64,000 nucleotides of DNA from the NCBI GenBank assembly GCA_003157485.1, contig PMJQ01000101.1, positions 11,443-75,442 of the forward strand, written 5' to 3'. The stretch comes from Ignavibacteriota bacterium. Its GTDB lineage: Bacteria > Bacteroidota > Ignavibacteria > UBA10030 > UBA6906. The position numbers were made by a program, and so were the translations under genes. A model generated the notes under the pieces. That model saw only the letters and a program-made list of their open reading frames with translations. It did no database searches and was not told where the DNA came from. This document shows, piece by piece, positions 26,313-34,317 of the stretch (position 1 is the stretch's first letter; each line of letters starts with the position of its first letter).

Positions 26313-27565
26313 ATGCCATGAAGCCGTCCGACGCCTATTTTGAAGAGGCCCTCCGCTACATCCCGTGGGGGACGCAGACAAACGCGAAGCGCCCGATCCC
26401 GTTCTTCTCCGGAACGATGCCGAAATTCATCGTGAGGGGGAAAGGGTGCAGGATATGGGACATGGAAGGGAAGGAGTACATCGACTACAGGCTTGCGCTC
26501 GGGCCTGTGACGCTCGGGTACTGCTTCGACGAAGTCGACGACGCCGTCAGGGAGCAGATGACGAAGGGGGTGCTCTTCAGCATGGCGAGCCCGATCGAGC
26601 TTGAGCTCGCACGGAGAGTCTGCGCCATGGTGCCGAACGCCGACATGGTCCGGTTCATGAAGACCGGCGAGGACGCCAACTCGTGCAACGTCCGGATCGC
26701 GCGGGCGTACACGAAACGGGATATGATACTGATAAGCGGGTATCACGGGTACCCCGACTGGTTTGCGGCGGAAGAGGGCCCGGCCAACGGCGTCCCCCGG
26801 TTCATGAGGGAGTACGTCAGGCCGATTCCCTGGGGTGATTGCGAGGCGGCGGAAAAACTGATACGCCTCTACGGCGAACGTATCGCATGCGTCGTGTCGA
26901 TCGGATACGATTTCAACGAGGAGACCGGGGGCGCGTACCTCCGCCACCTGAGAAAACTGACCCGCCAGTGCGGTGCCCTTCTCGTGCTTGATGAAATCCT
27001 CACCGGATTCCGCCTGGCGCCGGGGGGGGCGCAGCAGTACTACGGGGTCGACGCGGATCTCGCAGGGTACGCAAAGGCGATCGCCAACGGCTACCCGCTC
27101 TCGGCGTACTGCGGGAAGAGGAAATACATGGAGACGCTCAACTCGTTCAAGATCACGACGACGTACGCCGGAGAGACGCTCTCCATGGCGGCGGCGATCG
27201 CGACGCTCGACTGCATGACCCGGGAGAAAGTCCACGAGCACATCTGGGCGATGGGGAGGCGGCTCATGGACGGGTTCGACAGGATCGCCGCGGAGCTAGG
27301 CGTCGCAGGACATGCGTCCGGCCTTCCTCCGGCATCATGGCTCAAATTCGAACACGCGGATCCGACCTATCCACCCCGGCTGGAATACCTCTGGCACCGG
27401 GAGCTCTACAGGGAGGGGATATTCGCCAACCCGCGCTGGTTCATCTCCTTCTCCCACCGTGCGTCGGACATCGATGAAACGCTCGCGAGGGCCCGCACCG
27501 CGCTCCGGCGCGCACTCGATGCTGAGGTGAAGGAACGGGACAGCGTGAAGCCGTTCTGGTGGTAG
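26309..27565 (+). CDS. class III aminotransferase (glutamate-1-semialdehyde 2,1-aminomutase-like)
   Basis: 'IVRGKGCRIWDMEGKEYIDYRLALGPVTLGY', 'ACVVSIGYDFNEE', 'LLVLDEILTGFRLAPGGAQQYYGVDADLAGYAKAIANGYPLSA'. ATGA overlap upstream. Confidence 0.8.
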   Translation: MNAMKPSDAYFEEALRYIPWGTQTNAKRPIPFFSGTMPKFIVRGKGCRIWDMEGKEYIDYRLALGPVTLGYCFDEVDDAVREQMTKGVLFSMASPIELELARRVCAMVPNADMVRFMKTGEDANSCNVRIARAYTKRDMILISGYHGYPDWFAAEEGPANGVPRFMREYVRPIPWGDCEAAEKLIRLYGERIACVVSIGYDFNEETGGAYLRHLRKLTRQCGALLVLDEILTGFRLAPGGAQQYYGVDADLAGYAKAIANGYPLSAYCGKRKYMETLNSFKITTTYAGETLSMAAAIATLDCMTREKVHEHIWAMGRRLMDGFDRIAAELGVAGHASGLPPASWLKFEHADPTYPPRLEYLWHRELYREGIFANPRWFISFSHRASDIDETLARARTALRRALDAEVKERDSVKPFWW

Positions 27566-27566
27566 T

Positions 27567-29363
27567 GTGAACCGAAACCGTGTGATACTCCCTGCTCTCG
27601 CTGCAACGCTTCTCGGTCTCCCCGTGTCTGCCGGCGGTGCCTCCGGCACCGCCGCCGACGCGCGGTCGAACGTCAGCCGGGCGGAGTATCTCAGGGGGTA
27701 TCAACAGAGGGCGCAGGTCATCGCTTCATATTACGACACATCGATGGCCGGGGATTATTACTGCGCGGCGGCCCGGTATGCAAGCGGCAAAGACATTCGG
27801 ACGGCCGACAGCATGTTCGTCGCGGCACTGAAACGGCCGGGCGGAGACATGTTCTGGATGTTCTCCTGCATCGGGGCATACCTGAACGGGAAAGACAGGA
27901 TGTCTCCGGAAACGAAAGCCGCGGTGCGGAACGCCTGGAAGACGTACGCGCCGTACAGGGGAGACACGGAAAATCACTGGGCGATGTACTATTCGTCCCT
28001 GTTCCTGGCAAGTGAGCAGTGGCCGGGGCTGCCCGGATCAGAATGGTACAACGGGAAAAGCTCTGAAGAGAACAGAGCAGACGCAAAGGATTACCTGATC
28101 CACTGGATGGAGATCGCCACGACGATCGGGCAGGGTGAATTCGATACGCCCCATTATTTCACCGAGTACGCGGTCTCGATGTCCCTCCTTGCGGATTTTG
28201 CGAAAGACCCCGACATGAAACAGCGGGGGAAGATGATGCTCGATTATCTCCTCGTCGATTTTGCCGATGAGCAGCTCGACGGGCAGTACCTTGGGGGGTA
28301 CAGCCGCATATACCAGCCGGAAGTGTATATGCCGATCACCTGCCCGGCATCCGCGTTTGCGTGGCTCTATTTCGGCACAGGAGAACCCGTTGTTTCGTAC
28401 TGGGTCCTTCTTCCTGCCATCGGTGAGTACCGGCTTCCGCAGATAATTCACAGGATTGCCACCGACCGGTCCCGCTCCTATGTCGAGCGTGAGAGGAAGC
28501 GGGTGCGCAACGTCATCCGGTTCGGCAAAGAGAAGAACCCCCCCGTGTACAAGTACACGTACGTGACGAAAGAGTACGGGATCGGCTCGCTCCAGGGGGG
28601 ACTCCTCCAGCCGATACAGCAGCACACCTGGGGAATCCAGTACACATACGGGCGCCCGTTTACGACGATATTCGGTCTTCATCCCTACTGGTCAAGCTAT
28701 GAACTCGGCATGTTCTTTCCCGAAGAGATCAAGCCCCTCATCGCCGACGTCGTCGGATCGAAGGGGACATATAATAACCCCGACAAATGGACGGGAGGGT
28801 CTCCCTTCGAAAGGACGTTCCAATACCGGAACACGCTGATCGTGCTCTACGATATCGAGCCGGGGACGATGACCGAGCACATCGACGGGTTCTTCCCCCG
28901 CAATCTCCAGGAGCGCGTCGCCGACTCTTCAGGGTGGGTATTCTGCAAGGCGGGTGACACGTACATCGGCTGGTATCCTCTGCAGGCAGGAGTGTGGACC
29001 CAGGAAGCCGATAACTGGCGCTTCCGAAGCAACCACCTCCGCAACGGCGAGGTCGTTGAAGTCCGCTCGAAATCCGAGATCGGTTCTTTCGAGAAGTTCT
29101 GCGGCGCCCTCCGCCTGAGGAGGCCCGGGGCGGAACTGGAACCCGGGAATGTCGCCGTTGAATACACGACGCTCGGCGGCGACAGGATGAATTTCCGCTT
29201 CCCCGGGCGCAGAACGCTCAACGGAAAGAACGTCGACCTCACAAAGACCCCGCTCTTCGACGGGCCGTTCCTGCATGCCGCGGTGGGGAGCCAGAAGCTC
29301 TCGATCACGTACGGAAAGGAGAAGCTCAACCTCGACTTCAAACAGCTGACGATTACCGAATGA
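27567..29363 (+). CDS. secreted protein of unknown function, family B copy 1
   Basis: GTG start 1 nt after the upstream stop. Signal-like 'MNRNRVILPALAATLLGLPVSAGG'. Long identical runs with 31490..33349, e.g. 'CIGAYLNGKDRMSPETKA', 'VRNAWKTYAPYRGDTENHWAMYYS', 'RKRVRNVIRFG', 'EKNPPVYKYTYVTK'. Confidence 0.65.
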   Translation: MNRNRVILPALAATLLGLPVSAGGASGTAADARSNVSRAEYLRGYQQRAQVIASYYDTSMAGDYYCAAARYASGKDIRTADSMFVAALKRPGGDMFWMFSCIGAYLNGKDRMSPETKAAVRNAWKTYAPYRGDTENHWAMYYSSLFLASEQWPGLPGSEWYNGKSSEENRADAKDYLIHWMEIATTIGQGEFDTPHYFTEYAVSMSLLADFAKDPDMKQRGKMMLDYLLVDFADEQLDGQYLGGYSRIYQPEVYMPITCPASAFAWLYFGTGEPVVSYWVLLPAIGEYRLPQIIHRIATDRSRSYVERERKRVRNVIRFGKEKNPPVYKYTYVTKEYGIGSLQGGLLQPIQQHTWGIQYTYGRPFTTIFGLHPYWSSYELGMFFPEEIKPLIADVVGSKGTYNNPDKWTGGSPFERTFQYRNTLIVLYDIEPGTMTEHIDGFFPRNLQERVADSSGWVFCKAGDTYIGWYPLQAGVWTQEADNWRFRSNHLRNGEVVEVRSKSEIGSFEKFCGALRLRRPGAELEPGNVAVEYTTLGGDRMNFRFPGRRTLNGKNVDLTKTPLFDGPFLHAAVGSQKLSITYGKEKLNLDFKQLTITE

Positions 29364-30406
29364 ACTTTACCGGCATTTCACGTCCCGGGTGGACATTGAT
29401 CCTCCGCATGCTGTTCGGGCCGGCTCTCGCACTCATGTTCTTCGATCCTCTTGTGGCGCAACCTGCGCCCCCGAAGGCGGAAGGAAGCCGGCTTTTTGCG
29501 GCCGTGTTCATTGTCCGGGGGAGCGTCTCAGGGAATGCCACGGGAGGTTACGGCCTCTATGTCGGGGCGCAGAACGACACGGTGTGGACGCGCATATCGA
29601 GGTCCTCCACGCTCACGTTCGGGCTTGCGCTTTTTGACAACGGGCGGACCCGGAGGTACTATATGGCCGCCGGGAACGGTGTCCACCGCTCGACCGACGG
29701 GGGGAAGAGCTGGAAGATACTCACGTCGTGGCGCACGGAGGAGATACTCTGCGTGGTTCCCGACCCCGTTGATTCATCCGTCATCTACGTTGCGACGCCG
29801 TTCGGCGTGTTCAAGACGGTCGACGACGGAGCGACGTGGGAAAAGAAAATGAACGGGATCCCTGCTTGGTTCATCCAGCGGATCCTCATGGACCCGCGGG
29901 ACAGGAGGACGCTCTACGCGGCCGCGCAGACAGACGTGTTCAGGACCACCGACGCCGGGGAACACTGGCAGGCAATGGGCTCGGGGCTCGAGCAGGTGCT
30001 CGCTCTCATGCAGATGCCTCAGGACCCCGGAGTGATGCTTGCCGCCGGGGAGCTGAAGGGGATCCGGCGGACGACGGACGGCGGAAAGACCTGGTCCGCG
30101 GCGCGCGGAGTTGATTCGGCGATTATATACACGTTCCGCTCGTCCCGCGACGGAAATGAAGTATATGCCGCGGGCTGGAAGACGGGACTGCTCGGGAGCT
30201 CCGATCAGGGTGCTTCGTGGCATCAGGTCTGGCCTGCGCCGGGGATCGATGCGATATATTCCCTCTTTGTCTATCCCGATGATCCGGCCCATCTCCTCGT
30301 CGGGACAGTCGGGGACGGCATAGAGGAGTCGCTCGATCATGGCGTCACGTGGCGGAGCGCGGGACTTCCGGGGACGCAGGTGAAACAGATCGAGCTGTAT
30401 CCGTAG
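29360..30406 (+). CDS. BNR/Asp-box repeat beta-propeller protein (Ycf48/sortilin-like), family C copy 1
   Basis: Repeated S/T-x-D-x-G-x-(S/T)-W motifs: 'STDGGKSW', 'TVDDGATW', 'TTDAGEHW', 'TTDGGKTW', 'SSDQGASW', 'SLDHGVTW'. Hydrophobic N-terminus. ATGA overlap upstream. Confidence 0.75.
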   Translation: MNFTGISRPGWTLILRMLFGPALALMFFDPLVAQPAPPKAEGSRLFAAVFIVRGSVSGNATGGYGLYVGAQNDTVWTRISRSSTLTFGLALFDNGRTRRYYMAAGNGVHRSTDGGKSWKILTSWRTEEILCVVPDPVDSSVIYVATPFGVFKTVDDGATWEKKMNGIPAWFIQRILMDPRDRRTLYAAAQTDVFRTTDAGEHWQAMGSGLEQVLALMQMPQDPGVMLAAGELKGIRRTTDGGKTWSAARGVDSAIIYTFRSSRDGNEVYAAGWKTGLLGSSDQGASWHQVWPAPGIDAIYSLFVYPDDPAHLLVGTVGDGIEESLDHGVTWRSAGLPGTQVKQIELYP

Positions 30407-30468
30407 AGTTCCGGCCCCCGGAGTGCGGGGCACACGATGTCCAACGATCACACATCCGAACCGACACA

Positions 30469-31476
30469 ATGCACGGAATGAATACGATCCGAACGCTCGC
30501 CGTTGTCGTCATACTTGCAGCGCTTCTCCCTCCGTGTGTCCCGGCACAGTCGACGGTCTACTCTTCCGTCCTGGCCACGCACCTGTTCGTCGTGGGGGCT
30601 GCCAACCCGCAGACCGGCGTCTTCTTCCAGCACCCCGGAGACGACACGGTATGGTCCCACACGGGCTCGAAGACGATTCGCGCGTTTAACGTCGCCCTCG
30701 GACCCGGCTCGCACGGGCGTGTCATCTATATCGCCGGAGGAAACGGCGTCCATCTCTCGCGGGACGGCGGGCGGACGTGGAAGATCACGACCGGGTGGCA
30801 GATCACCGAGGTGATGTGCGTGGCCCCGGACCCCGCGGACACGAACACAGTCTATTGCACGACCCCGTACGGAGTGTTCAAGACGACGGACGGATGCTCG
30901 ACCTGGCGGGAGATGAACACCGGCCTGACGGCACTGTACATCCCCTCGCTGATCGTGGAAAAGGGGGGCCTGCTCTGCTGCGTCTCGGAGGACGGCCTCT
31001 TCAGAAGCACCGACGGCGGGGGCCGCTGGGACAGGATGGCCCTGAGTGTCTCAGGGACGCGCATTCTTGCTCAGAGCCCGGCCGATCCCTCGTTCCTCAT
31101 CGCCGGGACTGAAAACTACGGGCTGTATGTCTCGCACGACGGGGGAACGATATGGACCCGGAGCGAATCGGGGGTCGACCACCTGACGTTTTATGCCGTC
31201 GCGTTCGATCCCGTGAACCCCGATATCGTCTACGCGGGGGGATACGTTACGGGTGTGTACAAATCCCTCGACGGGGCGAAAACCTGGAAAAGGACGAACG
31301 AAGGGCTTGCCAATCTGAACGTCCACGCGATCGCCGTCGATCCGCTTGATCACAACCGGGTGTACGCAGCGACGCTGTGGGGAGGCGTGTTCTCGTCCGT
31401 GGACGGCGGCGCACACTGGAAAAGCGCCGGACTCAGCGGCTCGCAGGTGTGGAGCATTGTCATACACACTCTCTGA
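30469..31476 (+). CDS. BNR/Asp-box repeat beta-propeller protein, family C copy 2
   Basis: Signal 'MHGMNTIRTLAVVVILAALLPPCVPAQS'. 'SRDGGRTW', 'TTDGCSTW', 'STDGGGRW', 'SHDGGTIW', 'SLDGAKTW', 'SVDGGAHW'. Confidence 0.75.
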   Translation: MHGMNTIRTLAVVVILAALLPPCVPAQSTVYSSVLATHLFVVGAANPQTGVFFQHPGDDTVWSHTGSKTIRAFNVALGPGSHGRVIYIAGGNGVHLSRDGGRTWKITTGWQITEVMCVAPDPADTNTVYCTTPYGVFKTTDGCSTWREMNTGLTALYIPSLIVEKGGLLCCVSEDGLFRSTDGGGRWDRMALSVSGTRILAQSPADPSFLIAGTENYGLYVSHDGGTIWTRSESGVDHLTFYAVAFDPVNPDIVYAGGYVTGVYKSLDGAKTWKRTNEGLANLNVHAIAVDPLDHNRVYAATLWGGVFSSVDGGAHWKSAGLSGSQVWSIVIHTL

Positions 31477-31489
31477 TCGGAACGGGCTC

Positions 31490-33349
31490 ATGAAACGAAT
31501 CGTTTTTCCCTTTGTTGTCTCCGCGTGCGTTGCTGCTCTCCCGATATTTCATGCCGGGGGGAGCGGCCCGGCAGGCACCGCCGGATCAACAGCGACCCGC
31601 GAGGAATACCTCGGGGGATATGAGCAGAGGGCAGCGTACATAAGCTCGTACTACGACACGTCGATGGCCGGGGGGTACTACTCGGCGGCGGCCCGGTACG
31701 CGCACGGAAAGGATCTCCGCACCGCCGACAGCATGTTCGCCGCCGCGCTCAAAGAACCCAGGGGGGATATGTTCTGGATGTTTCCCTGCATCGGGGCGTA
31801 CCTGAACGGGAAAGACAGAATGTCCCCGGAGACGAAGGCGGTCGTGCGGAATGCCTGGAAGACGTATGCGCCGTACAGGGGGGACACGGAAAATCACTGG
31901 GCGATGTACTATTCCACGCTCTTTCTGGCGGCCGAACAGTGGCCGGATCTCCCCGGATCCGAGTGGTACAACGGAAAGAGCTCGGACGAGAACAGGACCG
32001 ACGCGAAGGAGTACCTGATACACTGGATGGAGATCGCAACGACGATCGGACAGGGGGAATTCGATTCACCCGATTACTTCGCGGAGTACGCGATATCGAT
32101 GTCCCTCCTTGCGGATTTTGCGAGTGACCCCGGCATGAAACAGCGGGGGACAATGATGCTCGACTATCTGCTGGCGGATTTTGCCGACGAGCAGCTCGAC
32201 GGGCAGTACCTGGGAGGGTTCAGCCGCATCTACCAGCCGGCGGTCTTCAAGCCGCTCCTCTCTCCCGCCTCCGCGTATGCGTGGCTCTACTTCGGGACGG
32301 GCGAGCCGTCGCAGTCGGGGTGGGTGCTTCTGCCGGCTCTCGGCAAATACCGTCTTCCGCAGATCATCGGGGATATCGCGACCGACCGGTCGCATGCGTA
32401 CGTGGAGCGTGAAAGGAAACGCGTGCGGAACGTCATCCGGTTCGGGAATGAGAAGAACCCCCCCGTCTACAAATACACCTATGTGACGAAGGACTACGGG
32501 TTGGGGTCCCTTCAGGGGGGCCTCCTCCAGCCGATACAGCAGCACACGTGGGGTCTCCGGTACACGTACGGCCGTCCCTACACGACGATATTCGGGCTTC
32601 ATCCCTACTGGTCAAGCGAGGAGCTCGGGATGTTTTTCCCTGAAGAGATCAAGCCCCTGATCGCGGACGTCGTGGCGTCGAAGAGCACGTACAACAACCC
32701 CGACAAGTGGACGGGAGGCTCCCCCTTCGAGAGGACGTTTCAGAACAGGAACACGATCATCGTGCTGTATGACATAAGGCCCGGGACGAGCACCGAGCAC
32801 ATCGACGGATTCTTTCCCCGGAATCTCGAGGAGCGCATCATCGACCCTTCGGGATGGATATTGTGCAAGGCGGGGGACACCTATTGCGGGTGGTATCCCC
32901 TCGAGGGGGGGGAGTGGACCGAGGAGCATGACACTCCGGGGCAGGTGAAGAACGCGATCGGGAGACCGGAGGATATCGCCAGGAGCGGGGAGACGGGGAA
33001 CTGGCGCTTCCGGAGCACCAACCTCCAGAACGGCGAGGTCGTCGAGGTCCGCTCAAGAGCCGAGATCGGTTCCTTCGGGAAGTTCTGCGCCGGCCTCCGC
33101 GCTCGCCGCCCGAGGGCGGTGCTGAAGCCCGGCGCGGTCAGCGTCGACTACACAACGCTCGCCGGCGACAGGATGAGGTTTGCCTTCCCCGACACCCGCG
33201 TGTTGAACGGGAAGACGATCGACCTGACGACGACCCCGCTGTTCGACGGGCCGTTCCTTCACGCCGCGGTGGGGAGCCGGAAGCTCTCGATCACGTACGG
33301 GAAACGGAAGCTCGACCTCGACTTCACGAAACTGACAATCACGGAGTAG
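31490..33349 (+). CDS. secreted protein of unknown function, family B copy 2
   Basis: Signal 'MKRIVFPFVVSACVAALPIFHAGG'. Highly similar to 27567..29363 along the whole length. Carries an extra 22 codons (32933-32998, 'TPGQVKNAIGRPEDIARSGETG'). Confidence 0.65.
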   Translation: MKRIVFPFVVSACVAALPIFHAGGSGPAGTAGSTATREEYLGGYEQRAAYISSYYDTSMAGGYYSAAARYAHGKDLRTADSMFAAALKEPRGDMFWMFPCIGAYLNGKDRMSPETKAVVRNAWKTYAPYRGDTENHWAMYYSTLFLAAEQWPDLPGSEWYNGKSSDENRTDAKEYLIHWMEIATTIGQGEFDSPDYFAEYAISMSLLADFASDPGMKQRGTMMLDYLLADFADEQLDGQYLGGFSRIYQPAVFKPLLSPASAYAWLYFGTGEPSQSGWVLLPALGKYRLPQIIGDIATDRSHAYVERERKRVRNVIRFGNEKNPPVYKYTYVTKDYGLGSLQGGLLQPIQQHTWGLRYTYGRPYTTIFGLHPYWSSEELGMFFPEEIKPLIADVVASKSTYNNPDKWTGGSPFERTFQNRNTIIVLYDIRPGTSTEHIDGFFPRNLEERIIDPSGWILCKAGDTYCGWYPLEGGEWTEEHDTPGQVKNAIGRPEDIARSGETGNWRFRSTNLQNGEVVEVRSRAEIGSFGKFCAGLRARRPRAVLKPGAVSVDYTTLAGDRMRFAFPDTRVLNGKTIDLTTTPLFDGPFLHAAVGSRKLSITYGKRKLDLDFTKLTITE

Positions 33350-33354
33350 ACGGC

Positions 33355-34317
33355 ATGAACCTTCCCCCTCCTTCATCGGTGCGCGATCTCGACGTCGTTG
33401 TTGCCGGCGTCTCCGTTGTGGACGTCATCGGCCGCCCGATGGACCTCGCAGCGCCGCCGAAGCCCGGCGGCATGCAGCCGATCGATTCGATCACGATGAC
33501 GACCGGCGGGATCGTGCCGAACGTGGGAATCGACCTGGGGAAGCTCGGCTTCCGGGTCGGTGCGGTAACGCGCGTGGGGAACGACACGTTCGGCGGATTT
33601 CTGAGGAGCCAGCTCGACATGCACGGCATCACGTCCGCGGGGCTCATTCTCGATGATTCCAGCCAGACCTCCTCCACGATCGTGGGGGTGGACGGAAACG
33701 GCGAGAGGACGTTCTTCCACACGCGGGGATGCATGGAGAATTTCCGGGTGGAGGACCTGCTCGCCCACGTCGACGTCGTCCGGCGGGGGAGGCTGCTGGT
33801 GTTCGGGTACTACGGCCTCCTCCCGGAATGCGACAGGCATCTCGGGAGGCTGTTCCGGGCGATCCACGTGAGAACAGGCACCCCCGTCCTCCTCGATACG
33901 GCGGGCGCCCCGCGCCGCGACGACAGACTGCTCCGTTCGTTTCTTCCCCACGTGGACTACTTCTTCCCGAGCTACGATGAAGCCGCCGTCATTACGGGGG
34001 AATCCGAGCCGGAGCGGATCGTGCACGCGCTTCTCGAAGCCGGCGCGCGGGGCCCCGTCGGCATCAAGCTCGGTGCCGGGGGATGTCTTGTGTCATGGCG
34101 CGGGAAAACAAAACGGATTCCGGCGCGCAAAGTCCGCCGCGTCGTCGACACGACGGGCGCCGGGGACGCATTCATCGCCGGCTTCGTCGCAGGGCTCCTC
34201 GGGGGCGCCGACCCGTTTGCCGCCGCGAAGCTCGGGAACGCGGTGGCGGCTTCCAGTCTCTCGGCCGTCGGCGCCTCGACGGCGATCAGGCCGGTCAACG
34301 AATACAGGAGAGCATGA
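33355..34317 (+). CDS. PfkB-family carbohydrate kinase (ribokinase/2-keto-3-deoxygluconokinase-like)
   Basis: 'DVVVAGVSVVDVIG', 'GGIVPNVGIDLGKLG', C-terminal 'VVDTTGAGDAFIAGFVAGLL'. Confidence 0.8.
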   Translation: MNLPPPSSVRDLDVVVAGVSVVDVIGRPMDLAAPPKPGGMQPIDSITMTTGGIVPNVGIDLGKLGFRVGAVTRVGNDTFGGFLRSQLDMHGITSAGLILDDSSQTSSTIVGVDGNGERTFFHTRGCMENFRVEDLLAHVDVVRRGRLLVFGYYGLLPECDRHLGRLFRAIHVRTGTPVLLDTAGAPRRDDRLLRSFLPHVDYFFPSYDEAAVITGESEPERIVHALLEAGARGPVGIKLGAGGCLVSWRGKTKRIPARKVRRVVDTTGAGDAFIAGFVAGLLGGADPFAAAKLGNAVAASSLSAVGASTAIRPVNEYRRA

